A stretch of DNA of 63,249 nt, filler included, from Phoronis australis (lineage: Eukaryota; Animalia; Phoronida), in the NCBI GenBank assembly GCA_002633005.1. It is 5 parts of 5 records of this genome, joined end to end, with 100 filler letters (N's around TTAATTAATTAA, not from the genome) between each part and the next. Parts side by side here need not be neighbours in the genome. Positions count along the whole stretch, not along the records: positions 17,083 to 45,834 come from NMRA01001080.1; positions 45,935 to 54,624 come from NMRA01001874.1; 3 more parts are not named here. One strand, given 5' to 3'. Under the pieces are notes generated by a model. The model made no database searches. It saw only the letters and a program-made list of their open reading frames with translations, and was not told the DNA's origin. Of the stretch, positions 35,993-47,482 are shown piece after piece. Every line of letters begins with the position of its first letter. The first letter of the stretch is position 1. Position numbers and translations under genes: made by a program.

Positions 35993-38900
35993 TCACTTAT
36001 CTGGTAACCGTCGTGAGGCGTACTGACGTGTCCAATTTCGTGCTGTAATGGCAAATAAACAGCATTAAACAATTAGTGCTCACAATGGATGCGTTTAATC
36101 ATCCTGTTTAATTACTTATCACACGTCATTGCCATGAATAAGGACTTGTAAGCAATCTGAAAACACCGACAAGTCACAGTGTTCAACTCTGAACACTATA
36201 ATCTATGTTATCATCAAGGTATGAAACATTAGGTGTTCTTTTTGAGTTCACTTTTTCTGTCAAAGACCGCAGAAACAAAATTTAGGAATTGTTACAATGT
36301 TAATACTCCCAATATTCAGGTCTTCAAAGCAAGTCCTTCTAAGTGAAACACTTAAAGAGCTATTTGAATGTCCCAAACTACATCAATTAATTAAATGATA
36401 AACTTGTTTTAACCTACACTACACAGGCCAGATTGTACTTGAATTCACCAGGGTGGAATTTGCATGGAAATAATTAATCCTACAAACAGATGACCTTTGC
36501 ACTACTGGCGCCCCCTAGTAGCAGACACCACACAGTGCTATTCCCAGGGCATCATGATACACCTTACCGGACATGGTTTGGTGATTTGCGATTATTTGGG
36601 TCACAAAACTCATTCTTAAAACATTTAGAAAATTAAATGCTACTTTATGTTCACACTGTCACAGTTTGTTGCAGTTTTAACTTGATAGTCCAAATAATCA
36701 CAGAAGTATGTGATTAGCTCGCAAAATTCCACTGTAAGACTCATTACAGTCATTGTAAGACTCATTACAGCCACAAATAAGATTTAAATAAAAATTAAGT
36801 TTGTAACATCTACTGTGAAATACGCGCAAGATTCAAAGCAATTTAATTTAAAATCTGACAGAATTAATCTTAAGCACTTGCAAATTTGAAATATTTTTGC
36901 ATAATGGGAATGCCCATGACGATGAAAAGCTGGATAAAATCTTTTACGTCCCAACCCACCAATCTTTTAGAGTTAGGTTGATAGTGGGGAAAGCCAAAAC
37001 ATTTTAAGACTGGTCTAAACTGAAGACCGTCTGCCAGCCCCTGCTCTCGTCACCCTGTAGGTCATGTGACCAGTACTAACCCGTTTCTAGCGCCGCCGCC
37101 TCATTCGTCTTCCACTTCTCAGCCACGTCATTGGCTAATGGATCATCAGGATTAGGTGCACTGAGCAGAGCTTGAATAGATAGCAGTACTGTGCGGATCT
37201 GTAAGGCTGGACTCCACTTGTCTGCAATAACAAGACACACAGTTTACCCAGCTTGAATAGATAGCAGTACTGTGCGGGATGTATAAGGCTGGACTCCACT
37301 TGTCTGCAATAACAAGACAGGCAGTGTACCCAGCTTGAATAATCCTTGCAAAGCTGAAGGTGCATTGTCTTTAGCAAGCTTGGGCAAACTTATTCAAGCT
37401 AAGCCTATCTTTTGAACACACTTTAATTGAAGAGTATGTGTAACTAGCACACCATAGTAGCACTGTGGCAGATATCTTTATTCCAGTAATGGTCTGATAT
37501 AACGCGCCCTGTGCCAGATATCTTTATTCCAGTAATGGTCTGATATAACGCGCCCTGTGCCAGATATCTTTATTCCAGTAATGGTCTGATATAACGCGAC
37601 CGAAATTTGACAACCAGTTTTGTCAACAGAATACGGGCACGTTATATCAGACTATTGCCTCTATTCCAGTATTATTAGATTTGATCAGAGATGTTGAACA
37701 GCAAAATTTGTTGTGTTCCAGTCAAAGTCATGTGAAATCAAGGCAGTGACCTCATCAGCTCTGTTATTTGCTTGACAGTGAAAATGGCCGTCTCAGTCAG
37801 AGTAGTGTTGTAGCTCATAAATAATAAAAACTTCAGAAAAGCCACACTCCCCAATAAAGCCACACTCCCCAATAAAGCCACACTCCCCAATAAAGCCACA
37901 CTCCCCAATACCTGTTCACAATAAAACCATGGCAAGCATTACAAGTTAAATCATGGTAGACTGCCATTTGGCACACTGGTTATATATGGGCTAGAAAGTT
38001 GAGTCAAGCAGCCAGCCTGGGTTAAGCTGAGCTGTAAGTATACATGGACTGCATACTGGCCAATAAGAGTGGTGTTTGGTGTCGATCAAAAAAGGGATAG
38101 CCTCCAGACAAGTACGTGTAAAAATAATAATTCTAATATATTTGGTTGTTAATTGCTAAAAATAAAGAACATAACACATTCTACAACTCCGGCCACAAAT
38201 CAATCGATGAATGTTTTGTGGCAGACATATTCAAGTAGTTGTTCATTCCTTCTGAAGGTGGCGCTGTTCTTTTTCCGTGTTTGAGAAACATAAAGTTATT
38301 GATAAAACGGAGCTGCAGCATGATTTAGCCCAAAAACGAAGCATTTCCCAAATCAATTTTATCACGTTGAAATAGAAAAACTGAACAAGCTAATTTACAA
38401 AATAGAATAAACAAACAAATTTTGTGTTTGCTAAGGCGTTTCTTCTGTTTTTGAAAATGGAAAAGAGTCTCTAAGGACCACCCACGGTGGCTCTAAAGCA
38501 TTAACGAACTAACATTTCAATCCCAAAAGTCACTTCTCATTAGTGAAAATGAAGACTGGCCAGTCTTTAACATGTACACTCAATACAATGTACAACAAGA
38601 CTGGCCAGTATTTAACATGTACACTCAATACAATGTACAAAAGGACTGGCCAGTATTTAACACGTACACTAAATACAATGTACAACAAGACTGGCCAGTA
38701 TTTTAACACGTACACTGGCCAGTCTTGTTGTACATTGTATTGAGTGTACATGTTAAAGATTGGCCAGTCTTGTTGTACATTTAACACGTACACTCAATAC
38801 AATGTACAACAAGACTGGCCAGTATTTAACACGTACACTCAATACAGTGTACAACAAGACTGGCCAGTCTTTAACATGTACACTCAATACAGTGTACAAC

Positions 38901-41900
38901 AAGACTGGCCAGTATTTAAGATGTACACTCAATACAATGTACAGGACTGGCCAGTATTTAACATGTACACTCAATAGAATGTACAACAAGACTGGCCAGT
39001 ATTTAACACGTACACTCAATACAATGTACAACAAGACTGGCCAGTATTTAACATGTACACTCAATACAATGTACAACACTTTGGTTACAAAAAAATTGAA
39101 TTTCAAAAAAGAAGAGACTGTGCTTCATCTCGAAGTTTCGATATTGCTCAACATCATCATCAGGATCATAGTCAGTATTCAGATGCGACAAATATGTACA
39201 AAAGCAAATATGTACAAAAGCAAGACAAACAATCAGTTACTTTACATCACAGTGTATACTACAGTTCTGTACTGAAATTTCAGCCAATAGCAAAGCTGTA
39301 GTTTGTATGCCCCAATGTGTTCTTGTTTGGTGACCTCTTTGCTTATTTGGTAATAAATTAATGAGGTATTAACGGTTGTAGAAAGAAATATTCATGCATT
39401 CTGGGTATATACATGCTAGGAACAGTAACTATTTTAGCTGTCACAGTTTGAGAGAAAATAGAAATTTAAACTGCAATGTATTTACAATTTGTTTCTTTTC
39501 CAGATTGTACTTGTACACACACAGTTCTCCAGGATGTCACTAGGTGGCGCTTGATACAAATTTGAATATTCATGATTTTAATGAGACATGGCAACTTTAA
39601 GAAGTTGGAGTCACCATGGCATCCAAAAAAAATAGGACCAACAATTTTAATTCCAAATTACTAATCATGGTGAAATTCCTTAACAATATCTTAAAACAAT
39701 CTGTTGAAGTTACTACATGAGAACTATGCATAAATTAGTAATTAGTATAGTCTTCCTCTTGAAAATTTCATATTGTTAAAGAGATCATTAAATTACATTT
39801 CTTAACGAGCAAATGCCCTCACTTGTGTATCAGAATCAATAAAAACAACGTTCAGGTTTTGGTGTGCAACATTAAGGCATAGACGAATTTAGGGGGGGCC
39901 CGCCCCCCCCCTTTGGCTGCTGCAAAAAAATAAAACAGCAAGAGCGTAGGGAAATGTTGAGTTTATTAATTAACCCTGGTAATTAAAATTATACGGATGA
40001 AACAAGATTTAAATGTGTGCAGTTTTAGTGAGGGGGGGGCTCAGATCCAATTTCAAGTGTCAAATTCGGAACACTGTACATTCGTAACGGAACTATGGCT
40101 AAGTATAGGCTCTCCCGCGATATCCCAGGCGACCGACAGTGGCGCTGCACACTATGACTCCTTTTCTGTCGTCTGCTCCACTGAGCAATGAAGAAAATTT
40201 ACTTCATTTTTTAAAGAAAATGGAACCTGAGTGACGATGAAAAAACAGAAGCTGCTGGTAAAATGTGAATTTTAATCGAAGCCTTAGTGAATCACTCAGA
40301 AACTCATAATTCTCTCTTTGTCAAACCTTAACTTAAGACGATTTCCAATAAGCAATCCCGTCATTATTGCCAACACGAAAAACAGACTTGGTCTTTTGGG
40401 CATTTGAAGACTATTTTAAATACAACAAATTTGTTAAGAACCGATTGCACAAAATATAAAACATATAATAAGCATTACAAAAAGAAGTAGGTTTCGCGCA
40501 CAAACGCTGTGGACTATAAACAAGTAGGTCTCTTAGTATGAGGTTAGTAGTTAAATCGTGGTGGGGTAGTGGTAAAGCACGCACGCTGTAACCGCCAGGT
40601 CGTGAGTTCGAGTTTGTGGTACTTGCAGTTTTTCCTGTTTGACACGTTCTCCGTGTTTTTTTGCCTTTTTCCCTTGGATAATACTTCAGGAATCTAGGAA
40701 AATGCTTGATTTTTAGAGGAAAAAACAGAAAAATTTCCTCCCATTCGGTGCTATACGCATCAACAATCGTAGTTTGCGCAAATGCTTACAGCCAGACAAA
40801 ATGTTGGGCCACCCTTGTGATATCCTAGATCCGCCACTGTTAAGGAACCTTCACAACATTGCAAAGACTTGGACTTACCTTTTAAAATGTCTAAGCATAT
40901 TCTGCCTAGTTTATCTACATTTGGATGATATATTTTCGTCATAAACCGGACTTTAGGCGCCGCCATCGGATAGTCTTCGGGTAAAAATAATTCCAGTTTA
41001 AACTCGCCACCTTCATAGGGAGACTGTAACACACAGAAGGAAGGATTCGAGTGTGTTCAGCTGAGAACACATTTCCATCATAATAACAATCTGACCACAT
41101 TGTTCAGCTATACAGAGAAGACAAATAGAATCACTCCACTGCATGATAGAAAACTGTAACAATCCCGTGCAGATCAGATCGTTCCAACATTTACTAGCAA
41201 ATAAAGAATGTCATAACACCATCAATGTCAACAGGGTTGGACAATCCCTTCAAAATTGGACAGTTTGACATCAATTATCAAAATAAAAGAATAAAAAACA
41301 GCCCACTTACACCAAAACCACCACCGTCAAAACTTTCCTTCTCATGATAATATGTTAATTTATTGTCACTAGCAACATCCAAAGCACATTTAAGTCAAAA
41401 CACACCTTCATAAAACCACAAGGCTAATCAGTGCCTTCCAGATTTGAGTATGTTCTTCAATTTAATCACAATTCATTTCTCCATGGCAACTGAATGTTGA
41501 AATGGTTCAATACAAGGTAAGGCAATTTAAGCCTTTTTTGAAAGGATTTAAACCATGAAGGATTCTAATTTTTTTAAATTTGGCCAACTTCAGAACATCA
41601 TATCTCAGAAATGGCTAATCAGATTCACATGAATCTTTCAAACTACACTGTCTTCATGCACTGGTCTCCAATTGGTCCACTTTTGCAAAAGGGTATCAAA
41701 ACACAACTTGCATAATTTTTACACAAAAAGCTTTAAAGTTGTACAAAACAAAAAAGAAATCGTAACTTAGAAAACAGTGAATGTGTTTTAGAGATTTCAT
41801 TTTGAATGTTTACATCATGCAAGATTTGGGCAAGTTACTGATACCGGTATTTTGCTATGATTGCACCCTTCTTTTCAGAAAATATATACTTGAGTTTTTT

Positions 41901-42153
41901 CTTTGCTTTGGCAGAATACCCACACTTGTCCATGTAACGTGAAGTAATAATTGAGACTTTGTCTTCATTACACAGAGACATGCATGATGAATACCAGTGT
42001 AGGTTAATAACAGCAGATGAAAGTAACGTGGACTGGAAGAGGAACACTTACATCCTTTGGACCGTCAACAGATATTTTGAAGTATCTGGCATTTTCATCG
42101 TCTACTGTAGCTTTTATACCTGGTACTGGTTCTGAAGTGAGCCGCTGGGTCTC
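35993..42153 (-). CDS. UBE2N: Ubiquitin-conjugating enzyme E2 N (Ubc13), 5'-partial
   Basis: Minus-strand exons 42153-42052 ([15 protein letters not shown]...ARYF...GPKD), 41023-40879 ([48 protein letters not shown]), 37221-37081 ([38 protein letters not shown]) and 36042-35993 ([16 protein letters not shown]). All introns are GT-AG and in frame. The short first coding exon was not found and may lie in the gap at 45835-45934. Confidence 0.94.
37467..37600. repeat. 46-bp tandem repeat, 3 copies
   Basis: CAGATATCTTTATTCCAGTAATGGTCTGATATAACGCG repeated. Confidence 0.9.
37838..37910. repeat. 18-bp tandem repeat, 4 copies (AAAGCCACACTCCCCAAT)
   Basis: Perfect tandem copies. Confidence 0.95.
38552..39077. 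repeat. 45-bp minisatellite with an internal inverted segment
   Basis: Unit AAGACTGGCCAGTATTTAACATGTACACTCAATACAATGTACAAC; about 38715-38780 is in reverse orientation. Confidence 0.95.
40557..40615 (+). repeat. Degenerate tRNA-like segment
   Basis: GGTAGTGGTAAAGCAC...GAGTTCGAGT with A/B-box spacing; no cloverleaf. Confidence 0.4.
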
Positions 42154-42170
42154 CTGAAAACAAGGCGCAT

Positions 42171-42318
42171 AGTGAGACCAAAGGCACTGACTCTAGCACA
42201 AGACAGGCACAGGGTGAGACCAAAGGCACTGACTCTAGCACAAGACATGCACAGGGTGAGACCAATGGTACTGACTCTAACACAAGACAGGCACAGAGTG
42301 AGACTAAAGGTACTCATG
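42171..42318. repeat. 42-bp tandem repeat, about 3.5 copies, beside a UBE2N acceptor
   Basis: GTGAGAC(C/T)AA at 42172, 42214, 42256 and 42298. Confidence 0.9.
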
Positions 42319-42886
42319 TTATCACAAGTCAGATAGAGGGTGAAACCAAAGTACCGTCCGCGTACAGCCTACCCAAGAACAACGTGCATAAGTGCAACTT
42401 ACCCAACTATCAAGTGGGGCATCTACACACACACACACATATAAGGTAACTAGGGTAAGGCGGAAGTTGTCGCTCTGTGCCTGACCATGAACACATAATG
42501 CGAATACGGTGGCGCGTAAAAGAAAACTTGTCTGTATGTAACCACAGCTGATAATTTCTTCCGTCTTGCCCCAGATTTGCGGCCACACAGGAATTAGAAG
42601 TGGCGCAAGTTACCCTAGTACAAGTCACCCCACCTCCATAATGTGGAGTAAGTTGTCACAAGTGGGGTAAGTTGTCCTAGTTTAAACAGCGTCCAGACAG
42701 CACTCAAAGTCCAAACACACAATTTTTATTTAGGGTGGCAACAGTATTCAGTAATTTATTTCTGGGTAAAAGAACCTGGGATTGTTTATCACATCTAAGA
42801 ATTTATTAGTCTTTGTCATGTGTCTAAACAAATTTTGCTAACTTTTCTAATGTTCACAACCTCACTAGATACTAACATGCAGGTTT

Positions 42887-43187
42887 CAGGGTGCTCCATC
42901 GAAACAGGAACCCTGGTGTAGATCAGTTATCCCGGAGTCGAAAATAGACTCCTGCACCTTCAAAACAGCTAACAAGCCCGAAAAACAGGAACCACAGCCT
43001 TTAAAACAGGAATCCCAGGAATCAGACAGGAAACCTGGGGACCGAAAAAAAATTGTCCGTGTTTCCTGTTCGATACCAGGGATTCCTGTCTTAAAGGTTG
43101 GGGTTCCTGTTTTTCGGGCTAGTTAGTTGTTTTGAACATGCGGGTATGTTTTCGACTCTGGGATATCTGTTTTGATGGAACACCCTG
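42887..43187. mobile_element. Foldback MITE (CAGGGTG...CACCCTG)
   Basis: Imperfect inverted arms of about 110-130 bp, internal AACAGGAA sub-repeats, and GGTTT directly on both sides. Confidence 0.75.
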
Positions 43188-43763
43188 GGTTTGTGAGAGT
43201 GCTGTGGTAATTTCTATTATTATATGCATTTGGTACCCAGACTTCAGAAACAAAACACCCACTACAGGTGCAAGCTTTCAAACGGGTTGAGGTATGTGAA
43301 TTTAGCACTAATTCCTGTCCAATTTTCTGTCATGGAAAACAGTGGAGTCAGATCCATTTCAACACTAATGCGAGTAGTTATTCTTAGAAGCTCAAGTTCT
43401 CCCGGACACCAACATTGAGGTAAACAAAATGAAAGCGCCAGTTTCACTATCTACAAACGTGACAGGGATGAAGAAGCAATAGAGATACATTCGACTGTTA
43501 AAGGACACCTGACCTCTTCAACACTTCACTTAACAACTAGTAATTAGTTTCCGAGAAATCTCAATTTTCACTGAGCAGACATATAAGTTAGCACAAGTCT
43601 TCGATAATTTTCAAAACTTAAGAGAAGCTAACAGGGCAATCAAGACACAGGATAATCGCCAATTATGTACAAGGTTGTAATTTGCAAAGGTTGTTTTCAC
43701 TTGCATTTTGAATTACCCCAAAATTGACACTGTTGCAGTTTGGCAGCCAAACCACTTGTTTAA

Positions 43764-45338
43764 AGGAGCATGCCACCCAAAAAAACAACCTAATTTGTAC
43801 CAATTTAGATCGAGTAGTTCTACTCCATAATGGCACGTACGGTTGCGTTACCTGACACCTGACGGCAGACAGAGGTGATGAAATTATCCAATGACGTAAT
43901 TGGTTTCACACGCGGTCTGTTCAGCAGTTCACAACACGGGTTACTGGTGTCAGCTTATCGCTTGTATTCATAGTTTAACACCAATAAATCATCAAACTTC
44001 AATGTAAAACCCTTAAAAATACACCGAGTTCTTATAACAACATGTTGCTTTATTTCGCTGTTACAGATTTATTGGTATTTGGACACACCAGGAGAACCTA
44101 GATCTGTGTTGTTTGGACTTGTGATTTTTTGAGTTCTAACACAAAACGCTTGTTATCCTGGCCAGTGGCTCGGAGCCCAATCAGGCCCGTCGCAGCCGGA
44201 TTGACGGTTATCCCGGCCAGAGGGCTCGGAAACTGATCAGACATCACGAACATAAACCAGCCAAAGTTGGAAACTAAATTTCCAGTCAAGAAAATATTAT
44301 ACTAGTGAGCCAAAGTAATGTGCACGTGATTATGGTGGTGAATTAGCCACGAAACTGCAAATCTACTTACTCGTCGGGGGCCGCGAATTCAGGTTAATCC
44401 ACTTTGGCCACAGGACCGTCAGGGCAGAAGTTTTACATTGACAATCATTAATTGAGTAATGTAAATGTAAATAAAGATTCCCCTAACACATGGCCGTGGG
44501 ATGGAAATCGAGTTGTTTCACAACAGTTTCTGTCAGCAAACACTAAATTAGCATGAGGTCATATGGCCTTGGTGTCCCGTCAAGTAGTTTTATTGCACCT
44601 AAAGCAGGTAACGCAGTGACTTATTCATTGCTGGCTTCTCAAATCATTTGCACTCACGAACACTCCAAAGGCATTGCAAATTGCATCTAATGAGACAGAC
44701 TTTGTTTCAGTTTTATATAAGTATTGGTTGAGGATGAGAATAATTCATTTTGAAACAGAACACTCAGTAACAAACGGCAACATGGCAACTCGCAATACCA
44801 ACTTAGACGAGAGCTCATCGAAGACTTCGCAGGTGTATCGTTAAGTTTCACAGACTATCATTTCGAAAAGGAATACAGTGATGAAGATATAGTAGCGAGG
44901 CGCCGTGAACAAGCTCAGACAACTGAACGTATGGATAGTTATTTGGCGTAAGTCAGCATTCGTCAGGCACTGTCGACGACTTCAGGCCACAGACACGGAG
45001 ATGTTTCATGGCCTCATACTTGCTATTTACAGCCCACTTTTCATTCTTCACTACTGCGAGCCACTTCCTAAGCCTTTCGAACTCTCGAGGAAGTCGAAAA
45101 AACGATATACCCGCTTTCCTCGCAGTTGCATAGTTCGGACAAGCGGGAACGATGCACCGCAACATAGCGGCATTCACTATACAAATGAACCAATGACGTC
45201 GCTAGCGTCGTTTCTCACCTTCCTCACAGGTTAACGCAACACCTCTTGGCAAGGTAAGGTCGACCGTATGCGAGGCGATGTTGATATAGACCGATTAAGA
45301 CGGCAAAAATGACTAATTAAATCAGGTGGCATTCTCCT
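43764..45338. mobile_element. Internally deleted Kolobok-like DNA transposon with a THAP remnant
   Basis: 14-bp TIRs AGGAGCATGCCACC / GGTGGCATTCTCCT (13 of 14 match), TTAA at 43760-43763 and 45339-45342, and a THAP-like ORF inside on the minus strand. Confidence 0.8.
44953..45177 (-). pseudogene. Truncated THAP zinc-finger ORF (probable transposase N-terminus remnant)
   Basis: MLRCIVPACPN...ISFFRLPRE..RLRKWL...LRVC matches the THAP pattern (C-x4-C, F-x-x-P, W, RVC). The final His ligand and the catalytic domain are missing. Confidence 0.75.
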
Positions 45339-46615
45339 TTAAGAGGAGTATTGTGGTGCAGAGGATAGAACAACTTATATCCATTCAATAATGAATTTCT
45401 TGCAGTGGGTCAACAGGATTCAATACTGATCTTTCTCTTTAAGTGATAGAAATGACGAAAAAAAACTTACTGTTGGTGAGAATGACTCAAATAACATGTC
45501 TATCTGCAGACAAAGAGCTTGAAACCGCACGAGTTTGATGGGTAAAGCGCAGGATTACAGTGGAGACTCAGAGAGACAAGTGACGTCAGAAAGAAAACAC
45601 TTAAGTCATAACCAAATTGGCTTTAAGCTCAATTGCCAAAGCGCAAGCCTGCAAATTAAGGAACTTTGGGTTTATTGTGCATTGTGATTTATTTTCCATT
45701 TTCAACGTTGCTTAGTACTCCAACTGCTGCTCTAGGACTACTTTAAATAGTAAGCATCCACTATCATCGACAAATGAACTGTTGCTCGGTGTTCGATCGT
45801 GTCTTCCCCATAGCAGATTTACCACCCCAGGTAANNNNNNNNNNNNNNNNNNNNNNNNNNNNNNNNNNNNNNNNNNNNTTAATTAATTAANNNNNNNNNN
45901 NNNNNNNNNNNNNNNNNNNNNNNNNNNNNNNNNNTCTCTAGCTGGGTATCCCATCCCCCTCCCGTTAATTGTTTACAATATGACGACATTGACCTACGCT
46001 CATGATTTTGAGCTAATCTACTGACACCCATAATGCAGAGCATCGCTCCTTTAAGTTCAAACTGACCGAGACCTGACGATCCCGAGTTACAGTCTCAAGG
46101 GTTTGAATTCCTAAAGTGACCCTGGTATGCATACGCTAATCAGAATCTGCGAAAAAGAAGTTGTTCTCAAGGTTCAAATTTGTGAAAAGAGTATCATTTC
46201 AGAGAATTTCGTGGAAAAGTAGTCAAGTTATCACAATTCTAAAAGTTTTGGATAAGGGTGAAATGCTGCCCCTTGATGCTCCATGTTTTCTCAAGAAAAC
46301 TTTGGGGAATCTCACAAGCAAACGCCATTCAGAATTGATGATGATGATGTTTCATTCATTAGCAACAGGTGCGAACATGGCGGTGTCAACTGGGAAATAG
46401 TGCGAACAGAAACTTGACAATAAAATAGTGAGGAAATGCGGTAGGGGACACATTCATATATTTTTGGAATCAGAACGAAAGGCGGAACGATAACAAAAGT
46501 ATGGGTCAATGTCATCATATTGTAAACACCCCCCCCCCCATTTGCCAGCTTTTTGACTAATTATGTCTCACGCTGATAGTATTAAGTATTGTTGTAGGAG
46601 TGCTTCCAGTGAATC

Positions 46616-47045
46616 ATATGAGCCTCTGTTAGCTACTTGCTAATGGCCAGTATCTTATTAGCTGAATGGTTAGCAGGCTCGCCAGTTTTATTGGGGTTGC
46701 TGGTTCGATTCCTGGGTTGGGTAATCTCAACAATCACTACAATTGGTGTAGTTAGCAAACTGATGATATACCAAGGAAGTACTGCCAACTCAGGGGCCTG
46801 TAGACCTTGGACAGGGAGCAGCTGGTGTGGATCCAGAACACAGGAGAGCATCGCTGAGGGCATATTCCAGGACTGTGCCTGTGTTCTATAGGAAAGGGGG
46901 GGGGGGGATTATATAGACGTGCCTGCGGTGATATATGAGCCTCTGTTATCCAATCACTTGCTTAGTAGCTAAATGATTAGCATGTTAGCCGTTGTTATCG
47001 GTCACTGGTTTGATTCCTGGGTCGGTTAATCTCAGCAATTACTAC
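46616..47045 (+). repeat. Two diverged direct copies of a roughly 125-bp tRNA-like unit
   Basis: ATATGAGCCTCTGTTA...TAGCT(G/A)AATG(G/A)TTAGCA...CTGGTT(C/T)GATTCCTGGGT...TAATCTCA at about 46616 and 46933. Confidence 0.55.
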
Positions 47046-47482
47046 AGTACATTAAACGCATAGAGCTGAGTGGACATTGCCATTGCCTCTGCTTAGCAAT
47101 AGAGACGGTGATGCTCCCATAGGGTCTTCATATGCCATAAACTTTTCGGCGAATTGTGCCTCACACTGGTTAAACGATCAAAATCGCATTGCTACAATTT
47201 AAAATACCTTTTGCGCATAGAGAGACACCTTAGGAGGCCATTGATACCTTAATTTCTTTGAACTTGAAAACAAATACTCCCGTAATCAGACTTTTTTTCG
47301 AGCAGTCCTTTGCTCAGTTGCCCAAGTCGGCGACTGGCTATTTTTCTTTCCCCTGATTGTTGAGACTTTGCAGTTTTGACTACTCAAGTTTTATTTCCTT
47401 ATGTGTTTTGTGCACTGATTAGTTTTGTTGTTAATTACCAACAGAGTCTGCTGGACAGAACTTAGAGCTACGTATAGTAACT

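Larger units (their letters stand above)
33720..36770. repeat. Direct duplication of about 1.3 kb (33720-35040 and 35436-36770) around a VNTR and an N gap
   Basis: Highly similar copies offset by about 1716 nt; they give the twin ORFs 33736-33927 and 35452-35643. Confidence 0.92.

Noticed and set aside
38530-39301. Repetitive ORFs and a CRISPR-like appearance
   Set aside because: This is a tandem minisatellite with no unique spacers and no cas genes, in a eukaryotic intron.
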